The notes under the pieces: generated by a model | Database searches by the model: none | Told to the model about the DNA's origin: nothing | What the model saw: only the letters and a program-made list of their open reading frames with translations | Shown: positions 27,621-37,680 of the stretch, one piece after another | Numbering within the stretch: the stretch's first letter is position 1 | How the letters are laid out: every line of letters begins with the position of its first letter | Position numbers and translations under genes: made by a program | From: Ostreococcus lucimarinus | Taxonomy: Eukaryota | Assembly (NCBI GenBank): GCA_000092065.1 | Contig: CP000601.1 | DNA: 64,000 nucleotides | Strand: one strand, 5' to 3'

Positions 27621-27638
27621 TGACGTCGGCTGACGTCA
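27621..27638. promoter_or_regulatory. tandem ACGT-core C-box/CRE-like elements TGACGTCGGCTGACGTCA upstream of the 26592..27560 gene
   Basis: tgacgtcggctgacgtca read at 27621..27638, about 60-80 bp upstream of the ATG at 27560. TGACGTCA is the palindromic CRE / C-box bZIP site. Confidence 0.4.
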
Positions 27639-27775
27639 GCCCTCGGGACGCGAGGCGAGGCCGCGCGAGCGGGACGTCGCGAGGGACGACGACGCGCGAG
27701 GGACGACGACGCGCGTTCGAAAGGATATAAATTAATAATGAATGCGACGACACGAGGGAGATAGGAAGAGAGAGA

Positions 27776-28819
27776 CTAAGGGAAAACGGTGAGGAAGCCG
27801 GAGACGTCGAAGCGCTCGGGGGGCGCGAGGACACTGGAAGGTCCGCGGCGAAGAAAGAGCCAAGATAAGGCGTGGAATAAAGCCACGGCGAAAGCGGCGA
27901 ATGGGGAAGGGTACTCCATCGCGAATTCCATCGCGAATGATGCGATTTTGACGGCGGATTCCGCGGCGCGGGTGTAGGAAACCGACCCGGGCGTCGCATC
28001 CGGCGGAGGCGTCGACGCGAGTTCACGCAGCGCGTCAACTTCCGCTTCAAGCTGCGCTCTTTCACGCTTACACGCCTTATACTTGTCGTGCATGATTTTT
28101 GCGTGCTTTTTCTCGCGTTTGATGGACGATTTGACCTCTGCGCGATATTCATCGAGGTTGTTCAACGCCTCGCGAAGACGCGATTCGCTGACGCGCAAGG
28201 CGTCTTGTAATTCGCCCATTCTCGCGTCCATGCCTCGCCTCTTCGCCTCACTCTTTTCAACTTCATCACATTTTGCTCGAAGCGCGCTCGCCAGCCACTC
28301 TTCGTTTTCAGACGCCGTCTCCAAAGCTTTATTAAACCGCTTCTCCGCGCGGGCGCTCTCCGCCGCCGCCGTCGATTTCGCCTTCGCCAACTCCACCCGC
28401 AGTTCGTTCTCGACCGCCATCGCCGCCGTGGATTCACTCAATCGACTCTTCAACGCTCGCATCGGCGTCGATTCCCGCGCTCGCGAGCCGTTCGTCACGT
28501 CTCGGAGCGGCGCCGCGGTCGACGTCGTCGCCTTGAGCCTCGCATTCTCCGCCCGCAACGCCGCGCACTTCGCCTCCATCGCCGCGTACTTCCCATCACC
28601 GGTGGTATTTCGCGTTTTTTCCACGATTTCTTCCAGCTCCGCGATTCTTCGTTCGAGCACGCGGGCGTAGGACGCGGCGTCGAGTTCGTCGACGGCGGTT
28701 GAAGATGAATCGTCAAGCGTTCTTTCCCCCGTCGACCACGTGCTCGGTTTCACCGTCGCGGGAGAGTGAAATAGCCGCGCGGTCGGGCTCGAGTGCTCGA
28801 AACGCATCGTCGGAGGCAT
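27776..28819 (-). CDS. coiled-coil protein with C-terminal transmembrane anchor (tail-anchored)
   Basis: 347 aa. Long heptad-like A/E/K/R-rich region. C-terminal hydrophobic FAAFAVALFHALSWLFL. Confidence 0.5.
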   Translation of the reverse strand: MPPTMRFEHSSPTARLFHSPATVKPSTWSTGERTLDDSSSTAVDELDAASYARVLERRIAELEEIVEKTRNTTGDGKYAAMEAKCAALRAENARLKATTSTAAPLRDVTNGSRARESTPMRALKSRLSESTAAMAVENELRVELAKAKSTAAAESARAEKRFNKALETASENEEWLASALRAKCDEVEKSEAKRRGMDARMGELQDALRVSESRLREALNNLDEYRAEVKSSIKREKKHAKIMHDKYKACKRERAQLEAEVDALRELASTPPPDATPGSVSYTRAAESAVKIASFAMEFAMEYPSPFAAFAVALFHALSWLFLRRGPSSVLAPPERFDVSGFLTVFP

Positions 28820-28891
28820 GACGCGCGGCTAGCGGGGCGCGACGAGCGCGAGCGTCGTCGAGGAGGCGCGGAATGACGCGATTATGGTGAT

Positions 28892-31012
28892 TTACAAGAC
28901 CGGGATGCGGTGGACCGCGTTTTTCGTGGACATCGGAGCGTACTGGAGCAAAAGTTCGATCTCACCCTTGGCTACGCCTTGAAGCTTGAAAACGTCCTTC
29001 ATTATGACGTTTTGGCGGACGAGTGAGACGTCGATCTCCACAAAGCCGAGCGAGACTTCAAAACCTCTGATTTCGATTCTGAGCGGGTCGACGTCTGGAA
29101 TGACGTTGTAAAAGACGAAACGTTCGTTGAACTTGGGCTGCGAAGTCTTCAATTTGCGCGCACTCGTGTACGTTTGCTTTGCACAAGACACGTGAGCCAT
29201 GGGATTCGGCGGCAAGTCCTTGACACGAAGCAAATTGCGACCTTCGAGAAGTTCGACGGTGAGCAAACCTTGCTCGTAATCCTCATCGAATTCATCCGGA
29301 GCGCCGGTGTCGATGTACTCGAGCTCGACTGTCATCGTCGGGTGCATGAACTTTTTCCCACCAGGTGTTTTCGTCTTGTTCTGTTCCTCGATGCATCGGT
29401 AAAAGTATTTCATGCGCGCCTCATCCGCTTCTTCTTCGCTTTTTTTGTGCCACTCGGTGATTTCGTTGCTGCGAGTCATGATTTGTTCGTGCGTGTAGCC
29501 GTCGGCGGCGGCGAAATACTCGAGTGGGCACTCTTTCTTGTAGTACGTTGGATCGATGAAAGGGAGTTCGAGAACAATCGGACCTGGCCCGCGATCGGCG
29601 ATTTCTCCGCACGTGATCGATGCCTCGCCATAGTTGGAGATACGCTCGGCGCCCTGTTTAAGGAGGCGGAACGTCAAGGGAGTTTCTCGATCGCACAACA
29701 CAAACGAGTCTTCGACGCCATCCCAGCTCGGTGCGTCTCCTAAACGCGGTGGTGTACTCAGCTGGCGCTGCTCGCGAGTCCAATACTTGATAAAGTAATT
29801 GTCCGATTTGAGCATGTTTCGCATCAGCGAAGAAGCCTTGCCTTTCTTGCGCGAGAGGCGGCTATAGTTGCGTCGCTTGTAGAACGCATTTCCCTTCAGG
29901 AATCTAATTCGCATCATCCCCGTCGAAGACTCCTCGATACCGCTGGCCTCCATTATGGGTATGTGCAGTTTATAAGGATATAAGAGCATCTTCTCGATGG
30001 ACGATTTCACGGTGCGCTTGACGAAACCGTGCATGAAGGGGAGCGCCATGAGATCGATTCCGCCCGGAAGGAACAATCCAAAGTCCAAAATCTCAGGCAT
30101 ACCCATCAAGCAAGCTTCGATCGCACCGAGACATGGAATGATATCTACCAACGGATCAAAAGTCACTTGCACCAAGCACTTCAGCTGAAGCTGGCGTAAA
30201 GACACCGGAAATCGTATCCCAAACGCGTACAACGTGACGATGATTTCGCACGACGAAGCCCACGTGAGCTCGATGTCCAAGATGGAATTCTCCATGTGAG
30301 ACGAGTGCGAGCGAATCCCACAAAGCGTCGGTGCGCGCGGACCGAGTGTAAATTTCTCAAAACCAATCCAAGTCACGCTCTCGGGAAGCATGTCGCGTAA
30401 AATCGGCTCGACACTCTCCTTCACCGTCTTGCTCACCCCGGTGTCAATGTTCGGCCAAGCCGCGTCGATCACTCGATTGAGCCAATGCACGCGATTGAAC
30501 GACGCGTCTTCCGTCCATTTCGGCGAATACGTGTTGAATAACGTCTTAAATTCATCCTTAAAGTGTATCTGATCCTGTTCGTTCGTCTCCAACTCCTTCT
30601 TCGCTCGCACGCTCTCCAACCACGTCAACGAGGGCGATGCATCCGCATCCTTTCGCCTGCGACGACTTATCAGCACTCGTCTCACGTAGTCTTTATCCCT
30701 CGTGCGCTTACTCCACACCGTGAGCATCGCCCCGAGGACGAATCCGATCGCCGTCGTCGCCGTCGCCACCGCGATTTGCGTCGTCGTCGCCCGAATCAAC
30801 CACCGCACCGCTTTCACGACGAATTCCAGCGCGCGCACCGTCGCGTTCGACGTCACGCTCGTCTTCGCGTCCACCGTCATCGTCGCCGCGCCTTTCGTCG
30901 CTTCCATCGCCGCGCGCTTCGCCATCGCTCGCGCCGATGCAGAATTCCCGATCGTCCCCGTCGTCGCCGTCGTCGCCGCCGTCGCCGCGCTCCTCAGCCG
31001 CGCGAACGGCAT
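28892..31012 (-). CDS. extended-synaptotagmin/tricalbin-like protein: N-terminal TM, SMP lipid-transfer domain, C2 domain(s)
   Basis: Proposed start MPFARLRSAAT (ATG 31012..31010) after an R/S/P-rich low-complexity extension. TM IAVATATTAIGFVLGAMLTVW. SMP-like block VHWLNRVIDAAWPNIDTGVSKTVKESVEPIL...LQLKCLVQVTFDPLVDIIPCLGAIEACLMGMPEILDF. C2-like LLTVELLEGRNLLRVKDLPPNPMAHVSC...FNERFVF. Confidence 0.8.
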   Translation of the reverse strand: MPFARLRSAATAATTATTGTIGNSASARAMAKRAAMEATKGAATMTVDAKTSVTSNATVRALEFVVKAVRWLIRATTTQIAVATATTAIGFVLGAMLTVWSKRTRDKDYVRRVLISRRRRKDADASPSLTWLESVRAKKELETNEQDQIHFKDEFKTLFNTYSPKWTEDASFNRVHWLNRVIDAAWPNIDTGVSKTVKESVEPILRDMLPESVTWIGFEKFTLGPRAPTLCGIRSHSSHMENSILDIELTWASSCEIIVTLYAFGIRFPVSLRQLQLKCLVQVTFDPLVDIIPCLGAIEACLMGMPEILDFGLFLPGGIDLMALPFMHGFVKRTVKSSIEKMLLYPYKLHIPIMEASGIEESSTGMMRIRFLKGNAFYKRRNYSRLSRKKGKASSLMRNMLKSDNYFIKYWTREQRQLSTPPRLGDAPSWDGVEDSFVLCDRETPLTFRLLKQGAERISNYGEASITCGEIADRGPGPIVLELPFIDPTYYKKECPLEYFAAADGYTHEQIMTRSNEITEWHKKSEEEADEARMKYFYRCIEEQNKTKTPGGKKFMHPTMTVELEYIDTGAPDEFDEDYEQGLLTVELLEGRNLLRVKDLPPNPMAHVSCAKQTYTSARKLKTSQPKFNERFVFYNVIPDVDPLRIEIRGFEVSLGFVEIDVSLVRQNVIMKDVFKLQGVAKGEIELLLQYAPMSTKNAVHRIPVL

Positions 31013-31128
31013 GCCTCGCGTCCCGCGCGCGACGTCGATTCGCGCGCCGACGTCGATTCGCTCGCCGCGCGCCGCGCCGCGCGCGCGCCGAGTCGTGACG
31101 ACGCCGCACTCTCGCGCGCGTCGCGCCG

Positions 31129-32169
31129 ATGCTTCGCGGCGCGCGCGCCGCGACGAACGCGACGCGCGCGACGAACGCGACGAACGCGCGCGCGCGCGCG
31201 CCCTCGCGAAGCGCGTACGGCGTCGCGCGGACGTTCGTCGCGCGCGTGGACGCCGGCGCGGGCGAGCGCGGGGCGACGGTCGCGCTGAGCGACGCGCTGC
31301 GCGCGCACCTGCCGAGCGAATACGCGAGCGCGACGAGCGCGAAGCGAGAGATACGACGGAAGAATGTGCTCGTGAACGGAACGGTGCGCTCGGTCGGGGA
31401 CGCGGTCGCGGACGGGGACGTGGTCGAGGTGCTGGCGCGGATTCGACCGTCCTCGCCGGTTGCGGCGGCGCACAGAGCGGGCGAGAGAGCCGTCGCGCTG
31501 GCGCGGGACGACCCACACTTTGCGATCATGGTGAAGCCGGATGACTGCGTGAGCGTGGGGAAGGGAAGCGATCCGATGAAGTGGAGCGCGGAGCGGCTGT
31601 GCGCGACGGCGCTGACGCCGACGCCGGAGGGCGTCGAAGGCGCGTTGTCGAGGCCTCGGCCGGTGCATCGGTTGGACGAACTCACGGGAGGATTGCTGGT
31701 GTGCGCGAAGACGCGGATGGCGATGACGGCGCTGTCGGCGGCGTTCGAGAAGCGAGAAGTGCGGAAAAGGTATCGGGCGGTGCTGCGAGGACGCGTCGAA
31801 TCGAAGAAGGGGGTGGTCGACGTCCCGCTCGGCGGTCTGGAGGCGCTCACCGAATATAGCGTCGTGCGCGAGTACGAAAGCGAGGAATACGGCGGTATCT
31901 TGACGTTGATTGATTTTTTCCCGAAAACTGGGCGCACGCATCAGCTTCGGCGCCACGCCAAAGCGCTCTGCGCTCCCATCCTCGGCGACGTCAAGTACGA
32001 TTACGCGTCGCGCGCTCACGAGGACGGCTTGTTTCTGTGGGCCACTGGTATCGTGCTTCCGCCGAGCGCCACGCCTTGGCGAGGAGAAGATTGTGGTGAA
32101 TTAATTGTAGACATAGAAGAGGGCGAGAAGTTTGCGCGCGTGCTCGCACGTTGCCAAGAACTCGCGTAG
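31129..32169 (+). CDS. RluA-family pseudouridine synthase (S4-like N-term + catalytic domain), organelle-targeted
   Basis: Catalytic HRLDELTGGLLVCAKT (HRLD Asp), RYRAVLRG, RTHQLRRHAKAL (THQxRxH). N-terminal presequence and S4-like KREIRRKNVLVNGTV. Confidence 0.85.
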   Translation: MLRGARAATNATRATNATNARARAPSRSAYGVARTFVARVDAGAGERGATVALSDALRAHLPSEYASATSAKREIRRKNVLVNGTVRSVGDAVADGDVVEVLARIRPSSPVAAAHRAGERAVALARDDPHFAIMVKPDDCVSVGKGSDPMKWSAERLCATALTPTPEGVEGALSRPRPVHRLDELTGGLLVCAKTRMAMTALSAAFEKREVRKRYRAVLRGRVESKKGVVDVPLGGLEALTEYSVVREYESEEYGGILTLIDFFPKTGRTHQLRRHAKALCAPILGDVKYDYASRAHEDGLFLWATGIVLPPSATPWRGEDCGELIVDIEEGEKFARVLARCQELA

Positions 32170-32592
32170 CGCATAGGCAATGTTTGTAGGAGAGCATCGG
32201 AAGACGATGCAACGGTGTACGAACCATGTGACCTCATTTTGACGCACGCACGCTCGCTTCACGCTTCAAACCAAATCATGGCTTTTATCGTCAATCAACA
32301 CAATCAACGCTTCGCTTACATCGCGCTGATCGTGTTATCTACCCTAGGGCAGTGCGCCGAGTGGTGTAAATACGTTCCCACCGGAGTTTGGGGCGAAGTC
32401 GCGCGGTGTCGCGGCTGTTGAGTCCGGCAAGAATTCGTGAGCGCTCGCGCGCATCTCAAGACCATGAGTAGCTTCGAGACGATTCTTTGATGTTCTTTTA
32501 ATGTTACTTTCGCACCAGTTGTACCTCGAATTACAAGAAAACAAGAAAGAATGAATATACAAGAAGTGTACAAGAGCGAGGCGGTTCGCGAA

Positions 32593-34317
32593 CTAATCTC
32601 GCGTTCGGAAGCGACGCACAAAATTCGATCCCATCCTTCGAATTCTATGACTGAGACTGAAAGAGCGCGTGCTTAAAACGACTGCGGTAGAATCAGGCGC
32701 GTTCACGTCCGTTGAAACCGCAAAGGCGGTGGCAGATCGGTTCACCGTCGTCTCGGCTCGTCCACTGCTGATGAGCTCAACGTTGTTCGCCGCATACTGC
32801 CAATCTAATTCGTCCTTGATCGAATCGAGCGCTTCTCGCGAAATATTTGCCGCAGCAAATTTAGATGACAGGCTGTTTGGCGCGCGTTTTGTCGCCGGCG
32901 CGGCTGACAGCGCTCTTTTCATGAAGTTAGCGTCGAAATCGAGAACGCTTCTCGGCGCGTTCGCGCGCGGTTCCCCAGACGAACCGAGCGAGACAATCCA
33001 AGGATGCTCTAACATTTCTTCCGGCTTCAATCTCGCGCTCGGGTCGAGAACGAGGCATTTGCGGATGAAATCGGCGCCGTGTTCGCTGACGAATGCAGGG
33101 ATCTTGAACGAACCTTGGAGAATCATATCGTACGCTTGCTGTCGACTCGTCGACTGAAACGGCGGAAACCCGACGACGAGCTCAAACGCCAAAGCGCCGA
33201 TGGCCCATAAATCCACAGCCTTGCCGTACCCAGCGCGATTCAATCGGAGGTATCGTTCTCGAAACTCTTTATCGCAGCGTACAACCTCCGGCGCCATGTA
33301 ATCCGTCGTTCCCAAACGCCCGAGCGGTTTGAACCACTCCAAATGTAACGCAAAGCCGAAATCCGTCAGCTTCGCTCTGCCGTCATCGGTGAGTACGACA
33401 TTTTCAGGCTTGATATCTCGGTGTATGACGTTCATCGCGTGCATGTGCGCGACGGCTTTGATGACCCATTTCATAACTCCCGTCACTGCTCGGCTTTCAC
33501 TAAACTTTCCTCCAACTCGCGCCAAAGCGTTGAAAACGTCGCCCCGGTTGTGAAGCTCGTGTATTAAATAATAGTTCCCAGTCGAAGTGTCGATGAACGA
33601 ACCAAAAAATCCCACGATGGCCGAGTGTTCCATGCTATGATGCACCGCAATTTCGTGCGCAATCTGTTCGTACACGTGCAGTTTCAACTTTGCCTTGATG
33701 TAGCACTTCAGCGCCACTTCAAAGTTCATCCTGCGATAAAACGCCTTGTATACCACGGAATATCGCCCGCGACCGATGACGTTGACGAGCTGAAAATCCT
33801 CCAGGCGAAATCTCCACCCGAACATCGACGCATTCAACACGTCCTCTGGTTTCGCCATTCCCAGCGGGTCGGGATCTGCGTCCCATTCCTCCGGGACCGC
33901 CCCCAACGCGCTCCTAAACGTCCCGCTCTGCGAGCTCGACGCGCTCGTCTCCGACAACCGTCCCGACCTCGTCGCATCGTCGTCCCGGTCGTCGTCCGCA
34001 TCGAGCGAACTCCCTATCCACGTTCCATCCTCTTTTCCATTCGCTCTCAGCTCACTCGGCGTCAACCTCCGACTCGCGCGCGCGTCGCCGATCAGCGTCG
34101 CCGTCCAGGCGAGCTTTGCGCCCTCCGACGCCTCCTGTCCCGCCTGCCCGAGACCCTCGCGAGAGCTCTGCGCTGACGATCGCGCGGATAGCGCGCTCAT
34201 CGGACTCGTCGCGCGGTCGTCCGCGCCCTTTCCCGCGTCCGTCGGCGTCGATTCCGTCGTCGTGTCGAAACTGCGGCGCGGCGTCCGAACGAGCGCGGCG
34301 TCGTCGTCGAGCGACAT
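32593..34317 (-). CDS. Ser/Thr protein kinase (Aurora/CAMK-like catalytic domain) with S/D-rich N-terminal region
   Basis: IGRGRYSVVYKA...VALK, HRDIKPENVVL, DFGFA, GTTDYMAPE, DLWAIG. C-terminal extension after HPWI. Confidence 0.85.
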   Translation of the reverse strand: MSLDDDAALVRTPRRSFDTTTESTPTDAGKGADDRATSPMSALSARSSAQSSREGLGQAGQEASEGAKLAWTATLIGDARASRRLTPSELRANGKEDGTWIGSSLDADDDRDDDATRSGRLSETSASSSQSGTFRSALGAVPEEWDADPDPLGMAKPEDVLNASMFGWRFRLEDFQLVNVIGRGRYSVVYKAFYRRMNFEVALKCYIKAKLKLHVYEQIAHEIAVHHSMEHSAIVGFFGSFIDTSTGNYYLIHELHNRGDVFNALARVGGKFSESRAVTGVMKWVIKAVAHMHAMNVIHRDIKPENVVLTDDGRAKLTDFGFALHLEWFKPLGRLGTTDYMAPEVVRCDKEFRERYLRLNRAGYGKAVDLWAIGALAFELVVGFPPFQSTSRQQAYDMILQGSFKIPAFVSEHGADFIRKCLVLDPSARLKPEEMLEHPWIVSLGSSGEPRANAPRSVLDFDANFMKRALSAAPATKRAPNSLSSKFAAANISREALDSIKDELDWQYAANNVELISSGRAETTVNRSATAFAVSTDVNAPDSTAVVLSTRSFSLSHRIRRMGSNFVRRFRTRD

Positions 34318-34491
34318 CGCGCGCGACAGACGCGCGCGAGCGACGCGCGCGAGCGCGTCGCTTCGTCGCGCGCGAGGGGCGCGACGACGGACGCGCGTCT
34401 GCGACTGACGACGCCGGGCGCGCCGCGCCTGTGGAACTGCGCGAGGGACGGGACGGCGAGCGCGTCGCGGCGCGCGTCGTTATTACATCGA

Positions 34492-36603
34492 TCACATCCG
34501 TGATGCGGCGTCGAGAGCTCGAATGGCGTCTCGACTGGCGATGGCATCTTCGATTTCGACCTCGACGTCGACGATGCGGGCGTAGAAGTCGCGGAAGACG
34601 CGGGCGTTTCGCTCGGCTTCCGCCACCGGATCTTCGTTGAGAGGGAAGGTGTCAAAGTAGAGCACGCCGGCGTAGGATATGCGACGTAGCGCGCGGACTA
34701 ATTCCATGGCGGCGTGAGGATGGACGGAGGCGAACATCAAACCGTCTTCGGCGCCGAGACGGGTGTGACCGTCGCCGAGTTGGACGCCGAACAGAGCGTT
34801 TCTCGAAGCCGCCATCGCGATGGACTGGGCTGGATTCTCGCCCGCGGCGAGCGCGTGGCCGACGTCCAGTGTCAGGCCGAAGTTGGGCTCGCCCACGGCG
34901 TCGACGAGTAGGAGTGCGGCACCTGTGGTGGGGATGAAGCTGAAACGGCTCTTTTCGTCCGTCGGCTTGAATTCGACGCTCAACTTGAGCGAGCGACACT
35001 CTTCGCTCGAGGCCACTGCTTTGTAACCGACAATCATGTCCTCCCACGCCGTGGCGTAATCCGCTTGGAGATTGTAATCGTATCCATCGTAGCGAGGCCA
35101 TATGACGACTTCGTCTGCGTCGAGTGCGGTCGCAGTCGCGCACGCCTTGCGTGCCAAAGTCGCCGCGTGTTCGCGAATCACGCCATCGGGATTCGAGAAC
35201 GCGCCCAATCGAAACGGCTCCTCGGGAAATCGCACGCATACGGCGCCAGGGCGCAACTTCGCGGCAAGAATCTTGTCTCGCAATTCCACTGCCGCGAGCT
35301 CGTTGCCGTCTGGTCCGATGAAATGTTCGGGGTAGTTGAGAAACACCGAATGCACGCCCTGAACGCGTCCCATGCGCTTTATGAGGTTGAAGACTTCCGG
35401 AACGTCCGGTTCGGCATCCGTGAATAAGTCTGCGCGAGATTTCATGCTATTCAATCTACTGGCAAATCGAAGTGCCTCGATCGCCGCCTCACTGGACGAC
35501 GAAGACGACGAGATAGGGGACGTTCGGCACGGATCTGAAACGCCAAGAAATTCATCCACGTCGCTCCGAAATGGAAGGCTTGGCATCGCACCCAACTTCG
35601 TCACCGCCAAAGCCCCCGCGGCGCTGGCGAACTTCATGGCGTCGCGCTCGTTTTTATTTTCAGCCATCGCCACCGCGAACGCGGCGCGAAACGCATCACC
35701 AGCCGCGGTGGCGTCCACTTCTTTGGCGCCGGCCGGAAGTTCCATCGATTCGACTCTCGTGACGTCTTCGCCTCTCACGAGCAACGATCCTCGACTCCCC
35801 AGCGTGCACAGAACGGCGACGCGCGACGTTCCTGCGACGATTCTCGCCGCCTTAACGACCGCTTCGTCCCCAGAAGAAACCTCCTCCACGCGCATTCCCG
35901 CCATTCCCGCGAGTTCGCTCTCGTTCGGCGCGACGTAATCCACGAGCGCCAACAACGCCTCATCCGCCGCGTGAAACGAGCCTCCCGCGTCCAGCACGAT
36001 CGTTCGCACACCGATTTCCCTCGCAACCGTCGCCGCTATCACGTTCACGCGTTCCGGCACCTCCCGCTGCAGCATCACCGTCTTCGCGCCTCGCAGCGCC
36101 TCGCGAAACTCGCTCGCCAGCGCCTCGTCGTCCGCGTTCCATCCGAGCGCGTTCGCCCCCCCCACGACCACCGCGCTCGGCGATCCATCGTCCGTCAGCA
36201 TCACGAACCCCATTCCCGTCTCGATTCCGCTCCCTCGCGCCATCGTGACGCTCCCGGACACATCCGTCTCTCGCCGCAGCGCGCGTCGCAGCGTCGTCCC
36301 CGCCTCGTCCTCCCCGAATCGTCCCACGAACGCCGCCTTCCCGCCGCGCTCGCACGTCAATCGCGACGCCGCGACCGCTTGATTCGCTCCCTTCCCTCCG
36401 CACGCGCGCTCGACGCGCGCCGCCGTCGCCGCGCGCGTTTCTCCGCGGCGCGGGACCGATGTTCCGACGCGCGCGATGACGTCGGCGTTCACGCTCCCCA
36501 CGACGGCGATCGACGCGCGGTCGGCGCGCGCGAGCGCGACGCGCGCGAGCGCGGTCAGCGCGGCGCCGAGCGCGAGGCGCCGCGCGCGACGCGCGCGACG
36601 CAT
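34492..36603 (-). CDS. RBSK: bifunctional ribokinase (PfkB) :: xylose-isomerase-like TIM-barrel (sugar-phosphate isomerase/epimerase) fusion protein
   Basis: N-half: IAVVGSVNADVI, GGKGANQAVAASRL, DATAAGDAFRAAFAVAM (ribokinase anion-hole/DTxGAGD). C-half: GLTLDVGHALAAGENP, GVQLGDGH, DTFP (metal-binding TIM-barrel isomerase family). One continuous 703-aa ORF with an N-terminal presequence. Confidence 0.8.
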   Translation of the reverse strand: MRRARRARRLALGAALTALARVALARADRASIAVVGSVNADVIARVGTSVPRRGETRAATAARVERACGGKGANQAVAASRLTCERGGKAAFVGRFGEDEAGTTLRRALRRETDVSGSVTMARGSGIETGMGFVMLTDDGSPSAVVVGGANALGWNADDEALASEFREALRGAKTVMLQREVPERVNVIAATVAREIGVRTIVLDAGGSFHAADEALLALVDYVAPNESELAGMAGMRVEEVSSGDEAVVKAARIVAGTSRVAVLCTLGSRGSLLVRGEDVTRVESMELPAGAKEVDATAAGDAFRAAFAVAMAENKNERDAMKFASAAGALAVTKLGAMPSLPFRSDVDEFLGVSDPCRTSPISSSSSSSEAAIEALRFASRLNSMKSRADLFTDAEPDVPEVFNLIKRMGRVQGVHSVFLNYPEHFIGPDGNELAAVELRDKILAAKLRPGAVCVRFPEEPFRLGAFSNPDGVIREHAATLARKACATATALDADEVVIWPRYDGYDYNLQADYATAWEDMIVGYKAVASSEECRSLKLSVEFKPTDEKSRFSFIPTTGAALLLVDAVGEPNFGLTLDVGHALAAGENPAQSIAMAASRNALFGVQLGDGHTRLGAEDGLMFASVHPHAAMELVRALRRISYAGVLYFDTFPLNEDPVAEAERNARVFRDFYARIVDVEVEIEDAIASRDAIRALDAASRM

Positions 36604-36763
36604 CGCGACGACGAATGCGGCGAGCGGATTGGAATGGAATCGAATCGACGCCGCAGAGCGCGGCGTGCGGCGGCTTCGACGACGCTCGAGCGGCGACGAC
36701 GACGAACGCGACGCGACGCGCGGTCGGGCGAGCGACGGGGCGACGGCGAGGACGAGGCGCGCG

Positions 36764-37567
36764 ATGAAGGCGTCGCGAATCGCGGATTTGGAGGCGCGAA
36801 TGCGCGGGCGCGCTTCGCGCGAGACGGCGTCGAGCGCGGCGACGACGACGGCGCGGGACGCGGACGCGGATCCGACGACGTCGTATTACGCGCCGTCGAT
36901 CGGGGAGGACGAGGAGACGTTCGCGGGCGCGCGGGCGACGGCGCGCGAGGAGGCGGCGGCGCGGAGGGCGTACGCGGAGGCGTACGCGCGGCGAATGCTG
37001 GCGACGCGTCGACGAGGGACGAGCGCGGACGCGGAGGACGATTTGCGAGCGAAGCTGAGCGCGGATAAAGCGCTGGTGCTCGTGAATGATTGGGAGAGGG
37101 TGGTGGACGCGGGGGAGGCGCGAGCGCGGGAGCGGGAGAAGCGCTTCGCCGAGGCGCGCAGAGCGATGATGAGCAAAACGCGATTAAAGAGGGAAGGATT
37201 GTACGGATTGAGGCCGGAACAGTGTACGTGGAGCGCGTTTTCGAAATTGCGCGGGCTGTGGGAAAAGTACGCGCGGGCGCTGGTGAAGGACGCGAAGCGC
37301 GGCGAGGCTGAGGCGCGACTGACGCGCGGGCTCGACTTACACGGTTGCGTGCTCAAAGTCGTGCGTCACGCGCGCGCGCCCGATCTCGTCGGTCGCGAAG
37401 GTGTCGTTGCTTTTATCTCGTCGCGATGTCTCTGGCTCGTCGCGCGCAAGCGCGAGAAACCGATCAAAGTGCTCATCGACGGCGGCACGTTTGAGTTTGT
37501 TTTGGACGAGCGCGTCGTGCGTCTTTCGAGCGAGGACGTGTTGGCGTCCGCGCCGCGTCCGTCGTAG
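36764..37567 (+). CDS. POP4: RNase P / RNase MRP protein subunit Rpp29 (POP4)
   Basis: Proposed start MKASRIADLE at 36764; the earlier part of the ORF (from 36476) overlaps the ribokinase-fusion 5' end. C-terminal LDLHGCVLKVVRHARAPDLVGREGVVAFISSRCLWLVARKREKPIKVLIDGGTFEF matches the Rpp29 fold pattern (L.G..l.V..s....lvG.eGivv.et). Confidence 0.6.
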   Translation: MKASRIADLEARMRGRASRETASSAATTTARDADADPTTSYYAPSIGEDEETFAGARATAREEAAARRAYAEAYARRMLATRRRGTSADAEDDLRAKLSADKALVLVNDWERVVDAGEARAREREKRFAEARRAMMSKTRLKREGLYGLRPEQCTWSAFSKLRGLWEKYARALVKDAKRGEAEARLTRGLDLHGCVLKVVRHARAPDLVGREGVVAFISSRCLWLVARKREKPIKVLIDGGTFEFVLDERVVRLSSEDVLASAPRPS

Positions 37568-37680
37568 CGGACAAAGTTTCATGTAAGACCCATTAGTGTT
37601 AGGCGATTCGCATCCCTGGATCACGAAATCCCCAAAGTCGTCCGCGCCGCGTGGCGCGCGCGGCGCCATAACTCGGCGCC

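Noticed and set aside
32340-32430. tRNA-like stretch GCCGAGTGGTGTAAATACG ... GTTGAGTCCGG in the convergent 3' spacer between RluA and the kinase
   Set aside because: It resembles the Ser/Leu tRNA D-loop (GCCGAGTGGTTAAGGCG), but no 7-bp acceptor stem can be paired and the D-stem does not close. The T-loop reads TTGAGTC (C56 missing). It is probably 3' UTR sequence and not a tRNA.
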